From Phoronis australis (Eukaryota; Animalia; Phoronida), in assembly GCA_002633005.1 (NCBI GenBank), contig NMRA01000159.1, forward strand, positions 639,520 through 703,519: a stretch of 64,000 bases of DNA. Reading direction: 5' to 3'. Below are positions 39,862-52,790 of the stretch, in pieces. Each line of letters starts with the position of its first letter. Position 1 is the stretch's first letter. The notes under the pieces are model-generated. The model did not search any database. It worked only from the letters and a program-made list of their open reading frames with translations, and was not told the DNA's origin. A program made the translations under genes and the position numbers.

Positions 39862-40200
39862 TCAACATAAATCACACAGTATACCGTGCGCATTCAAGTA
39901 CTGAAGGTCCTTTTCATTCAAGTTTTCATCAGGGAAGGTTGGATGAAAACAGAGGAGATGACAATATCGATGACAGTTGTAACACCTGATATAAATGTTA
40001 CCGTTCTCCAACGTTATCACGAACCCTGCCGCTTTCAGTTCAGTAACCCTGAACAGTAGGGAAAAAAGACATACAACAAAAATTTTTTGAAAATCATCGC
40101 CTTCGTACGATTCCGTGTTGCTGTCGCTAGACTGATGTTCCTCCCCAACATCAGTGTCGAAAATCGACGTTACAAGTGATGGAAACTTATGTCCTTTTTT
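39862..40200 (-). pseudogene. Stop-to-stop 112-codon frame encoding an acidic tract plus a PHD-like zinc finger (no ATG; probably 5'-decayed)
   Basis: ...DTDVGEEHQSSDSNTESYEGDDFQKIFVVCLF...ENGNIYIRCYNCHRYCHLLCFHPTFPDENLNEKDLQYLNAHGILCDLC*, which gives the pattern CxxC-x4-H-xx-C...CxxC. Absent from the ORF track because it has no suitable start codon. Confidence 0.6.
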
Positions 40201-40544
40201 CTAACTTTTAACCCATTTTTAAGAAAGGGGTACACTGATTTTGTCTAATGTTGATAGAGCATAACTTTAATTTTTTACAATGTGAATTGTGTTGGCTGCA
40301 TTCATATTAAGTGGCTTCATTGAGTTGAACAGAAAATAAATTAAATGTAACACAAAGTTTTGAAAATAAATAGAGCAGTAACAGGACTCCCTAAGAATCG
40401 AATTTTTTTCGAAAACTTTGCACCATTGATGATCTGATTGGTTCATGCATTTACGGCGGGAAAATAATAGACCAAGTATCGTGCACGTGTGCACTGTAGC
40501 AACACTTTGTAGCTTATTCTTTATTGGCCAGTCTGTTGATACAG

Positions 40545-41271
40545 TAAATTTCCTTATTTATGCCCATCCTGATTTGACTGCAACTTGAGCTTGTTGGGTT
40601 CTATCATATATTAGGTTGGCATTGGGACCCACATGGTGCTTACTCGAATGGGCTTCATTTTACCAACTATTTCAAATTGTGTAGGTGAAGTAAATAAACA
40701 AAGTGGGTGATTATCATCACCGGAATTTCATCATTAGTATCTTTTGCCGGGTGCTCAAATTTTCTGAGACTAGAGATTGTCAGATTTGTAAGGTAGAAGT
40801 GTTTCGCTTGATTTCCAAGTCTGTGGCGTTATTCATACATTTATACCGGACCAAAATTAAAAAACGAGGCCTTTGTTTAAATCAGGAGCTGCATGATACA
40901 CGTTTTACGAGACGTGCGCAGACAGCGCATATGGGTACATTGCACTGATCACTTGAAACCATTTTCATGGTTTATTAATATATAGTTAAACCAAGCTGAG
41001 GAGCTTGAAAGCTGATTCACGGCAATTTTTGGCAGTGGGATTTTCTGAAAACTGCTCGTAAGTTAACAACAAATTGACAGCAATGCACTGCAGTTTTGTA
41101 GAAACTGTCATAGATTACAGATGCGACACAGCGCGCAAATTTGATGAATTCTAGCTTACGATTTCACCTGTTTTGGAGACCGGGTTTCAACCACTTTTGG
41201 GCTATAATAAGCGCCCACTTTCTGAAGCGGATTTTATAAAGCGCCCTGGCCGCTTATTAGGGCGAATACGG
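40545..41271. mobile_element. pogo/Tigger-like MITE remnant
   Basis: TA|CAGTAAATTTCCTTATTTATGCCC ... GCGCCC...GCTTATTAGGGCGAATACGG|TA. A related terminus, TATTCGCCCTAATAAGCG, occurs at ~16749. Confidence 0.45.
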
Positions 41272-43147
41272 TAATATGTCAGAAGGGCAATACTTAGTAT
41301 CCTTTATGCACGGGACCCTTTGTTGTTGGGTTTTCATAGACTGCAGTCGAGAGACTTTGTGCGGCATATACAGTCTCGACATGAAATGAGTGTGTAACCT
41401 GCTGTTGAATTGCGAGATAGATTTTGACTGGTCCAGGTGGGTATTAATGTAATCTTTATTTGTGTTAAAGGTTTTACCAGCGTTCTGTTTATTTGTACAC
41501 GAATGTGAATTCGTTGAAATCGCTGATCCAGATCCTAGCCAAATGTACGCATTCTGCTGAGACCAACCGTCTGATCAGGGCCAGCGAAAAGTAATTTGGT
41601 TAATTCGCTCACTAGACTATGGCTGAAGTTCCTCGTAAGGACAAGAGTTTACGCTTGTGTGTAAGATCACAGATTTCGCCCATTGAAAGTATACGGAGTT
41701 GGCGGTTCATGTACTATAGTCTATGATTTGATGAACAAAAAGCGTGTATTGTGTTGCACTATTGCCGAGTGTCGAGCACTTATTGTATAAACGCTTCTGC
41801 TTCAAATTGGCCGAGATGATGAATGTGATTGCAGTAACAAAGTTCTCAACAGTCATCAGTGCAGTCTTGCATGCGCGCACCCAGCCTTTAATATGGGGGG
41901 CTCGAATCTCTGACAAAGTGTACATATTGTTAACAAAAAAGCGGGAGGACTAAAAAAAACGGGGTAGCACCATCAGGTCTGTGAACTGTGCGTCAGCACC
42001 TTTTTAGTGGACTTTTGTCTCGTTTTTTGTCTCGTTTCTCAGAATTTTTGTTTCTATGAGGCGGACCTTTTTACTCACCCGTTCGAGCCCCCATGTCTCG
42101 CTTAAGATTTTGTGGGAATGCGTCAATGTCCAATTGTACGAATGTAAATAGTGCCGTTTAGACATCAACTTTTGGCCCTGGCGCCCGTTTATACACACAC
42201 AACCCGCCACTAACTTCGGCAAGGTGGAAGTTGTAGGCTGGAGAGTGGAACGCACGCAACGCACATGTGCAGGTTTATAAATGGCGGGAGTTGCAGAAAC
42301 AGATAACCCGTATGTAGGTCACTGCACAAGCGCAGTAGAGTTGATCCTTTTCGCCTTGCCCCAGTTTCACGTTTAGACATACACTGTATAATTGACACGG
42401 GGCAAGATGATCGAGTGCAAATTGCTCTACCTCACAAACGGATAGCAAAGGCTGTCACCGTGGTGTCAATTTGCCCCAGATCAGTCTTGTTTACAAACAT
42501 ACTTGCGCTAGAACATCTCGTCCGTGTCAGCTGATCGGTGGCAACTTTAGTGTTAAAGCTACAAGTTCAATTTTTACTCGAAATCTTTAACTTTACTAGA
42601 GTTTGTAGCCGAGTCTAGGGGCTATCAAGTCCAAATTTGAACTGCACACTCGTTTGTATGTTCCATAATGTACTCAAGTAAAAATAATGCATAATTGTGT
42701 TAAAGAAGAAAGGAAATTTCAAAAGCATTTTCGAGTTCGATTTCCCTGGGCACTGCCTCAACCAAAAAGCTACTCGTTGATCTAGTTAAAACTGCTCCTA
42801 GTTTTCCTGGCCCGTCAAGTGATTTGTGGCCAGTGTGAGTCGAAGGTCTGCATACAAGTAAGGAAGCCCGTGGCTTATTTTTTATTATTCTTTGAATGCT
42901 ACATGTACGTGGGAAAAAGATATCAATTACCGGTACATGTATATGTAACAGTAAAGTTCAAAAAGGCTAAAGAAGAGGATATGCGGTCTAGATATAGGTA
43001 GATCCAAAATTTGCAATAGATGTTCAAACATGCTTCAAAACGAGATTGTGCAAAGCATTTCGGTGGTATAGAAATAAAAATTCCATTACATGCCTCATAC
43101 AATTTGCTATTTGTAAGCCTTCAAACAATCTGTACATTCGATTTCAG

Positions 43148-43895
43148 GTATATTTTCTCAAACAGAACGACTTGGACGACGGGTCGAAACCTTTTGTACC
43201 GAAGAGCGAAAATAGTGATGGACGATTACAATCAGTATAGCTACCACACCTTCATGGACGGGGATATTCTTTGGAATTGGTCTGAATGGCCTCGTTTTGA
43301 TGTTAACATCAATCGATCAAACGTATCTCCAATGCGGGCGTACGAGCAATTTTTGTTGCGAAATCTACCCGTTTACTCCAATCCGTTTTATTCTCAAACT
43401 AACATGAAATACGACATGGAAACATTGATGAGAAACTATGCTTGTGGATCGCGATGCGCCCAAACTAACAAAACATTACCCGCTATTTGTCTTGCAATTG
43501 CACCGGACGCTGCAGTTGCCAGTTTCCACAGGCATGCCATCGACAAGCTCTTGCCGTACAGTGAGCAATACGAAGCCAAATCTTGGTGGGTGTCTCAACA
43601 GATTATGTACGTTCGACTGTACGTCAGGTTCCACAAACAAAGTTTGACTTTTTTGCCAGTAACAGTTTGCAATCCGTCCCACTCCAACTACCCTCGTGGA
43701 GTGATCCCGTACCACAAAATTGTGGCTGCAGAAAAGTTGTTGTCGCCTCTTTCGAAACAAAATTTGTCCATTTGGCTCGAAGCGCACAGCACATTTGTCA
43801 AACTGAAGACGGTGCCCACGTGCCACCATATGCTAGACCCGACCATAAAGAGAACACCGAACTTAAATATGGAGACGTATGTTACGATGGCGTGA
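43148..43895 (+). CDS. Terminal coding exon of gene copy 1; putative GT-A-fold glycosyltransferase-like domain
   Basis: Longest ORF in the window. Acceptor ATTTCAG|G joins in phase with the donor at 36673 (HV-AG|G-YIF). Motifs TTWTTGRNLLY...YSYHTFMDGD (RN...DxD arrangement) and FH...LLPY...SWWVSQ. Function is inferred only. Confidence 0.85.
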
Positions 43896-44718
43896 TCGGC
43901 AAGCACTGATTAGGAACTGTTTATGAACTGGATATGTATCCATATTGTTTCGCTTAGTAAGGCTATACCGTCATTTTTCTTTGTTTATTGTGGAATCGAG
44001 ACACATCGAAGAGGCATGGAACACGAAAGCTCGTCAAAAATATCTTTTGAACAATTCCCGCCGAAAGTGCCTCCTCGAAACGTCTAGTAGAGAGTAATTC
44101 ACTTGTCCTTGTAGGGAAATTTGCAGACAAATATTGAAAAATTCACGATTTTTGAAAAAGACGCGAAGGGAAAACTCTATAGTTACCACAGATATTCTAA
44201 TCTCCTTCCCACTTATGATAATTGAAAGCATACGCTCACAGTCAGTTGCTTGAAGTCTCTCGAGGGCAAAGGTCACATTTGCCATGAGGGAAATGTGCTA
44301 CATCTGTCTTGCTATACCAAATAAGGAGCCGTGCTTTCTTTGTGGAAGAAAAGTCGACGAAGTGGCGACCAGTTGACCGATCTTTTCTTTTTTTGAAATT
44401 TGAAACAAAAAGAAAATGCATTGATATGAACAGAAATTAAAAATCTTTACAAACAAACCCTAAAAATACCTGGTGAGCAGGTTGAATTCTATTTCAGTGG
44501 CAGAGAACCACTTTCAGTATTGCAATTTAGTCCGTTTATCGCGTTCCAAGCCTCTTAAACATAAACTCACAACTGTGAATTTGTGCAAGATACAATATTT
44601 GTTCCGGGGTCCTAATCAGCTAAGTAGCATTTTGATGTTTTGAAAAACATTTCCAAATTGTTATTAGCTTCTATTGCCTAAATTAAAACGTCAGTATTGG
44701 TATCGGGCTGACTATCAT

Positions 44719-44773
44719 TTACACGAAGGACATCGCTCTAGTCGGCTGGAGACTCAGGTGTTGGTTTACGTAG
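44719..44773. mobile_element. ~55-bp mini-element flanked by a direct repeat
   Basis: CACGAAGGACATCGCTCTAGTCGGCTGGAGACT matches 22088-22120 (28/33) and GTGTTGGTTTACGTAG matches 26820-26835 (14/16). Flanked by GGCTGACTA(T)CAT on both sides. Confidence 0.6.
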
Positions 44774-45464
44774 CAAACGGCTGACTACATGTACTTGTCA
44801 CTCAGTATATAGCGAATCCTACACTTGTGTCAGGTTTATGACATGGGCAAAACATCTTGGAAATTTCACCAAAATCTCGATGTTTGCCGAGGAGAACGAA
44901 AACGTGTGTTTTTGAGATCTCACCTTGAACATTTCATATCAAACAAAGTGTGATCATGTTATCAGTGTACCTATTTTGCTAAATGTTGATAAAAAGCGCC
45001 CGTTAATTAACTCTCTTCATTTACTGTAATGTTGTATGGTTAGGACGCATTGCGAATTTGGTTTCCTCTGTATTGAAGGCTCAGAAGCAGACGGACAGAC
45101 ATTCCATCAATTCACATGTTTAACAGACTGGAATGTCTGCCAGTTGACAAATATTTTGTATATAGGCGTTTATGTATGGTACATAAATGTTTCCACAATA
45201 ATGTGTCGAGTTATTTATCTTGTAACTTTTTACCCGTTCAAAACAGCCGCCAAATCAGCACCAGATTCTGTTCCTGGAACAACTTACCCAGACACAGAAA
45301 TTCGTTATTCTCTAAGTCCTCTTTTATTCAAGGCATTGGAAAATGGAACGATTTACCAATTTGATATATTTGATTTAATTTATTGCTGCAAGAGAATCAT
45401 GTTGTATATTAACCTTTGGCTAAAGCATGTTTTGAATTCTATTCTATTTTATCCTCAAATTAAG

Positions 45465-45535
45465 TTTATTGTTGTCGTTATTGTTGTCGTTATTGTTGTC
45501 GTCACGGTTGTCGTTGTCGTTATCGTCGTTATTCA
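45465..45535. repeat. Degenerate trinucleotide microsatellite (GTT/GTC/ATT)
   Basis: attgttgtcgttattgttgtcgttattgttgtcgtc... Confidence 0.9.
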
Positions 45536-48500
45536 ATATCAATATCATTTATTGCACATCGTAAGCATTGGCGACACAGGCAGAAATACATAAATTCAAA
45601 TGTATATTCAGAGTATTTACACAGAGAGCAGTTCCTGTCTTAAAGCCACAGCCTTCTGAATATACAATGCAAGGCGCTGGATACTGCCATGATTCTCATG
45701 TTGGAATAACCTTACAAGAGAATAGTTAACATTCACATTATGGAAGAAGATTTTTGGTTGTTATTATTATTAGACATAGTCAGATTTCCCAATTAATATA
45801 AGATTGATGAAATGTCAAAAACCAAATTTTACAGGCTTTCTACATTTAGCAGTTAAAGCATATATTATTATACACTTTTACTGAGTTAAAACCTATAGTT
45901 TCGATGATAGCTGGCGGTATACGAAGACCTGTCAATAGGCACCTACTTAAACATGAGGATCACTGCTATTCGGAACGGACTGGTTTGCAATGCTACATTC
46001 AATCGCTACCATGGAGTTGATTGACATGATGCAAGTAGCATTGGCGTCTTGTGGGGGTAGTAGAGTGTGTGGAAGGAGGAGATTTTAGAAATCTGATGTT
46101 AAATATTGGTACTGTGCAATTTGAAATACATTATGCTGTAAACGTCTTCAGTTTTGGACCGAACTGGCTAATGGTACAGAGAAAATCATGTCCACAGTTG
46201 TAGCGTTTACTTAGGCGCGTGACATAAAAGGGTTCCCTGTTATTTTCCAGCCTCGTCCCCAAACCTCAAGATGGCGCTGACCAGTTTAGCCACTTAAGGC
46301 TTGGTGCGGAGACATTTACTTGCCAGAATTCTGACACACCGGAATATCAAGAGTGCTATAAAGATATATCAAATTTGAAATGTGCTGTAGAATAATATAA
46401 AATCAAAAAATGGTAACTATACAGCAATTTAAGTTTATATTATTGCAAAAATGATATATTTTGATTCAAAAAACAGAATTATTTTTACGGTGCTATCAAT
46501 AACCAAAACAATGTCTTTTGCTTCCGAATCATGGATGGCAACAGCAATATATGTGAAAATTATTAAAATCTGAGTTTGGATTTTATTTAGTTTCTTCAAG
46601 AAATATTCAAATTTATCACATCAAAGAAGAAAGGACAAAAATCTTCAAGAGCTGATATTCCAGTATTCAAAGATCCACGTTTTTGAAGGTTTCTTGTGAG
46701 TGTCGGTCTTGTTAGCGGTGAAGGTCGCTTACGGCAAATCAGCGCGCAGAAGAGATATCTCCTCACCAAGCCCTAAATGGCTAAACCAATCAGCACCATC
46801 TTGAGGCGTGGGGCCATGCTGGTTATTTTCCAAGTGCGAAGCTGTGCTCCAAAGAAGTAACTGAGTGAGAGCCCTTATCTTTTGCAGTATGTAAGCATTT
46901 CGATAGGATGACACCTTAGGTACTGCTGGCTTCATTATAACATGTACAGTGTATTAACACCCCAATAGCTGTTGAAATTAGGCGAAACTAGGAATTGAAG
47001 AAGCAAAAGTTTAGTACATTTTAATCGGTGCTCTAAGCCATGCTCAGCAACTGCAGTGAAGGTCAATGCTGACCAAGAGTCGAAACATACTAGCTGGCTA
47101 AATACTTTCGAATGTTCATTGTCTAAAATCGAATCCTTTGATTAATTGCAGGCGGCACTTTATTTCAAAACTCATTATCAAGATGCTTAAATGACAAAAT
47201 GTCACTTAATCAAGAAAAGAAAGTAAAGTTTTCTATTACATTTGTCAGCCATTTTTCTTGTAAAAATTTTTTTTTACGTTTACGCCCCCTCCCCCCCTTA
47301 CGACAATGTCGAAAAAACGATCACGTGGTGCTATAAGCAAAAGTATACGAAATAGTTTTTCACAAAATTGAAAGCTCTCTGATGTCTTATAAACAGTCTT
47401 GCGTTATATGTCAGTGTAAAAAAGCCGCGGGCGTCGGGCCCTGCCTTATACTAACCCAAAGGGGTGCAACGAAACAGCTGTTCTTATTCTTTCGTCTGTC
47501 TCCATTTTACATTAAATTGAGGTTCCAACGAATGATTAGTCAGAAATAGTCCTTGGGGGAATAGTCAGTCAGTTAAATAAATTCAACTGACACGTTTACG
47601 GGTATTATTAGTTGACCACCGTGTGCTTCGCAAATAAGGTTAGTGTATCTTTCTGTGGCTTGGCTCTTTCTCTTCTCAATTCAAAGACATCCCTTCCTTA
47701 GTTTTCACTAATTTAAAAAAATGGAATTATACTTATGAATCGAAATTACCACTTAGTGGGAACATTTTATGTATGCATGCCTTGTATTTTATCCGTCTTC
47801 AAGCTCATAAGAACGGGAGTTCGATGCCATTGTTAGATTTTTGGATATTTTTGAAAAAATTGACGTCCTTTGCTTATATTGAAGGAGCATTATTTCAGAA
47901 TTCGTTTCGGCTTATCTGGGTTCGCTTAAGTTTGGTTCGAGAGGTTTTTGATGAAATGAAATAGAAATCTTAATTTTCCATTTTCACGCGATGTAGTTGG
48001 TCTATTTGTGAGCCGAGTTTGGAGTAAAATTTGGTGGACGGGCTATAAAAATGAATGATCAGAAAACTACGTTGGCATATCCATTCCTGTTGCAAGTGTT
48101 CACCAAAACAGCGTTGAACGACACTCCATTCAAGCTCGTTTTCAAATATAGTCATAGTTGCGTGTGCTACTACCACCACCGCTTTTTAAAACCGTTATCA
48201 ACTCGCCTTTTCATGTTTTTATCAAACAGTGAACAATTTAGGTTCCTGGTCACTCCACTAAAACGCAAAACTGTTCACAGTCAACGTTTTGATTTAACCA
48301 CACAATCATTACAAAAACAAGGAAAATGCCATATTTTTATGCTTTTTGATTCTGTAATTGCCTCGAAACGTCGTCTGTGAATATTTTTGCGTTTGTCTTT
48401 TATTTTGACTTTTTGATTTATAATGTTGCGCGGTTCTACAAATTATATGGATTTGTCAATTAAGTTGACTTCGCCGTCTGCGAAACATGCGTGGTCCACA

Positions 48501-50562
48501 TACATAGGGTACTGTTATCCACAGCACTAAGCCACAAGTATATGGACTTAAATCGCTCGGTGATGATTATTCCTAGCGTGTTCGCAGGCAGGAACAGGGT
48601 TAATCGAGCGTTGCGAGCGGATTCAAAAATGTTATCAAAAACACCTCCTATCAAAGTGTAAAACTGCTTTTCAAAACACCACACGTTATCAAGAATTGAT
48701 GATCTCAGATAATATCTCTAGAAAAAAATATTAACCAAATCAGAGTTAGAATCATAAAAGCGTGTTTGCGAACTTCAAAATTCTGTCATATGTCTTTGTG
48801 TGAGAATCAACGGTAGCGTATGAATATATACTGCAGACTTTCAGACGAAGGTGCTGGACTAACTTGTTACCTTTCTGTGTGTAAACGGCACAGGTTGGTG
48901 TGATGAATTCGCCTAGAAACGTTTTTTAGTATCAACAGAAGATTTTTATGAACCTGTTGACATTTTAGTGCGCTTTTTATAGTCCAGTTTGATATAATGT
49001 ATTTTGTGGTGCAGGCATTTTAGCAGAATTCGTATGTAATTAGGTTTATCGGTTTAAAAATTACCAATTTAAACAAATTACATTCATTATGTTATTTTCG
49101 AACCTGCATGCTTTTTATTGGTTAGTGCGAACCTTGTTGTCCCTACATTAAAAGAGGCGTGATCACTTAACGGCCTGAGATGACCTACACTATGTAGTTA
49201 TCTCATTACACCTAACCATAGATTATAGACAACTATAGTCTATGATCTAACTCCCGTTTAGTTCATATTCCTGACAACACCGGTTTTCAGAGGCATGAGA
49301 TCAATCTTTCTTTTGTTTATCGCCAGGCTCAGTCTTTTGTCCGATGACACGAAGCAAACGTCAATTATCTCCACGTACTCTGAAGGAATGCATTGATGTA
49401 AACACACATCGACTCAAAATTTTGTAAACAACTAAAAAACTCCAACGTTTTGGCCATTCTTATCGTATTTCCTACACGAAATAGTGATTCTGCACTAACT
49501 TTTAAAAAGAGGAATTATATTTCAGAAACCAAATACGTTTAATATACGACTTTCTGCCCTTGACATTCCCATTTATTTCTGACACCATTTTGTTGCCGCG
49601 AAGGTATTGTTAATTCGATAATTGCGCTCTACAAAACAATGGGAGTATAAATCAACTTTGGTGATATCAAGATACCACTGAACCGTCTAAAGCAATACTC
49701 CCAACTTAAAACGCTAATAACTTCATTTATTTGCAATTTCGAACTTAGCAGCCCTCAATAAGTGATCAATGGAAGTTTTGGTTGTTTGCAGTATGTGTTG
49801 TCTGCTTCTAACATTACTTTGTCCTCAAAACTTTATTAATAGACTTGTTAAGTGTTAAGTTTTAGCAGGCTGACTAGTGTACAAATGAGGTGACTGGAAT
49901 AGTTGGATGAGTCAAAGTAAATGACAAATTCGTGTCATGTTACCGATGCATTTGAGCTCTATTGTGACGTAAAACTTTCTATTCAAGATACGCCTAAAGC
50001 TGGAAGAAAACTGCAGAGATGTCGAGGAGGAGTCTTAAAACAGGACACAAGTAAGCTGAATGACATTGGTCACGTGCCACGCGGTGGTCCTGCAAGTCAC
50101 GCTACCGGATGTTGTCGCAACAACCCACTTTTGTAGCAAGCGATAGGTTTACTGTGCGAAACGAAGTGAAATTAAATTTAAATTTAACTTTATTAGTGCA
50201 TTTATCGTCATTATTTTGACATTTGTCACTTTTATTATAGAAATAAATTGATTGATTGTAAAAAGCCTGAAGGTCCTTACAGATAATGTATAATAAGAGA
50301 AAATAAAACGGCATCCGGGATAAAGGTTGGGAAAAGTAGAGAGAAAAAACGTAGAGGTCTTGTAGACAACGAGGTATGTGGCTGAATGAACTAGACCACG
50401 CTATACTGAACCAAGGAAATAATGTCGAGTAGAGAGGTGCATGAATATAGAGGTAGAAACCGGAGGATATACATAGAAAGAAGTAATGTAAAATAAACCA
50501 TAATGGTTGGTACAAAAATAAAAGTTCGGGCAGAAGGGACACACTCTGTTTGCCCTATCCAA

Positions 50563-51565
50563 TTTTTTAAATGTTTATTACAAAATCTTCAGAACTCAAT
50601 GAATATACATAACCCAGAATGCGCCAAGAGGCTTTAGATCTGGGCGAAAATTACAAAGAAGTCTATATACAATGATTATATACGAATACATAAATAAAAA
50701 CTGATGTTAAGAATACAATGATATATGACAACGAATGAAAGTAATTCATTTTCATACAGAAGTATAAAATTCTATCCACTCACACAAATAGATTTAATGT
50801 TATAAAGAAATTCTGATACTATTTCAAATAAAACCTTATTTTCGTTTGAGTTAAGTTCTTAACATCCATATAGAAAGAAATTAACTTTGTTGTACAATTG
50901 CGGAATTTCAGAATATTTTTTGTAAACATTGGGGGCATTGTTCGAGTGCCTGGAAGAGCTGTACCCTCTCCTCCTTGCATACCTCACAAGCAAAGAAAAC
51001 ATGAGGATATGTCTGGGTATCTTCACAGGAACACAGAGCCGAAATATTATTAAAATTATGTCTAAATTTCTCGTTGTTTAGGAATAGACCACATCTTGAT
51101 CTGTATAGGGTTATTTCATGGTTGCGGGGAAGTTGGAATGATGTCAATGGGACTGGCAAGTCTGGAGTAGTGGTATGCATTTTAAAGTTATTTTCGAGAG
51201 TGACGATTGAAGTGCTTTCTTTTATTTTGAATGGTAAGGAATTCCAGTTGTCAATACAAGTTATTATCGTTGATCTTCTGAAGGCTTGGCTGATCGAGAC
51301 TGGAATAGTATACATATTGCTTTGCCGGAGTCCTGGTCTCGTGCTTGGTCTTTAGTAGGAGTCAAAGAGGATTTTGTTAGAGTAATTGTTTATGTTGGTT
51401 AAGACTTTGAATGCATACATGGACAGGTGGATTTTACGACGGGTTGCTAGTTTGCTCCAGTGAAGACTATTTAGAACCTTGATTGTGTTGGACCCTTTGT
51501 ATGCCCCGGTTATGGCTAAAGCTGCTTGGTATTGTAGTCTTTCTAATTGAAGAAGTATGACAGCG
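50563..51565 (-). mobile_element. 5'-truncated non-LTR retrotransposon (CR1/L2 group), 3' end
   Basis: LERLQYQAALAITGAYKGSNTIKVLNSLHWSKLATRRKIH...WNSLP...CSCEDTQTYPHVFFAC. The minus-strand end reads AATAAACATTTAAAAAA. Flanked by a 134-bp direct repeat. Confidence 0.85.
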
Positions 51566-51669
51566 GTAGAGAGGAGTATGAATATAGAGGTAGAAACCGG
51601 AGGATATACATAGAAAGAAGTAATGTAAAATAAACCATAATGGTTGGTACAAAAATAAAAGTTCGGGCA

Positions 51670-52790
51670 GAAGCGACACACTCTGTTTGCCCTATCCAAA
51701 TTGAAGTGCCTGCCTACTTCAGTCATGGCTGGAACAACGAAAACGTGCCATGAACATAATTTGTGCACGGGGTATACTCAAACATAATTTTTTCCAATTT
51801 GAAATCCCTTTTAAATTGATTATAAATACACAGTTTAGGATTACTCTCAACATTTTGTCTCCATCCTTGCAAATAACAAACCCTTATTCGCTGTCTAAAA
51901 ACTAGCAGAAAAGTATTTTCACACACAATGCCTTGATTTAACCAAACTTCGTGGAATCCATAATTTGACAATATAAGTCTAGCTGAAACTGATGTGGCCC
52001 AATTTCGGGAGTGCCGACCATTTTGATCTTAGTCAAGCAAATTGTCGTAAGCTGCCCTTGAGTTACTATGAGGCTGCATTTTGAGAAGTTTGAACCAATA
52101 CTTGATCACGGCAAGATAGTACTTAGTAAATAACGGCAACCGCCCACAGTCTTGGGCGGCGCAGCTAAAGCCCCATCAGCCCCCCTGTGGTGCACCACCT
52201 ATAGACCATGTGCGGCGTTGCACTTAAAAAAGTGGGGCTATAGCCCCCCAGCCCCCTATGGTGTGCTATGGCCCATGTCAGTACAGCATCGTTTGAGCAT
52301 GAATTAGCTACACCCAACACACGCTTACAGAAATGAATATGCACTTGTTCCAATTAGTTGCATTCTTGAAAGACCTATATTTCAGCTCCATGTAGGTTAG
52401 ATCATTTTATCAAAAATCTCAAAAGCCAACACGCGATTGAAACATAGTCAGGTTTCTTTGTAACTTACCGTGAACACTACACCAAGATACTTGTAACTGG
52501 AAAGCACTTCGAGATTTTCTCCTCCAAAATACCACTTCTCGCAATTTCTCAGGGGACCTCTGTCTCTAAACACCATAACTTTGTTTTTTTACTAAATTTA
52601 CAGACATGCCCCATTCCTGGCAGAACTTATTTAAAGCACACCGTAGTTTTTGCAGTTTAACTGGATACGAAGCACACAAGGCCATATCATCGGCATATAA
52701 CAATACTTTTACGTCAGAGACATTTTGACTTAGAAAAATACCATCGCTACTACTAGAGTGAATACATTCTACAAACTCATTCAAATACAA
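51670..52790 (-). mobile_element. Decayed non-LTR retrotransposon RT (RTEX-like)
   Basis: VLLYADDMAL...FCQEWGMSVNL; EQVHIHFCKRVLGV; GRLPL...IKYWFKLL; YGFHEVWLNQ; GRHFNLDRANRVCRFC. Confidence 0.85.
52151..52277. mobile_element. Small hAT-type MITE interrupting the RTEX-like frame
   Basis: C(T)TGGGC...GCCCATG termini and GGGGCTATAGCCCC motifs. The RT reading frame (DAVL...GRLP) is split at this point. Confidence 0.6.

Noticed and set aside
39700-40550. Histone gene or pseudogene upstream of the stem-loops
   Set aside because: No H1/H2A/H2B/H3/H4-like peptide was recognised; the upstream frame is acidic and Cys-rich instead.
43020-43147. ATG-initiated N-terminus of the 291-aa ORF
   Set aside because: A good acceptor at 43147 splices in phase to the upstream exon, so the first ~43 codons are most likely intron read-through.
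45036-45593. 185-aa ORF with a hydrophobic VVVI tract (apparent membrane protein)
   Set aside because: The tract is a translated GTT/GTC/ATT microsatellite, and the rest has no recognisable motif.
50102-51768. ORFs 50102-50542 and 51467-51679 as a duplicated membrane-protein gene
   Set aside because: Their shared N-termini are just the 134-bp duplication read in a pyrimidine-rich, low-complexity frame.
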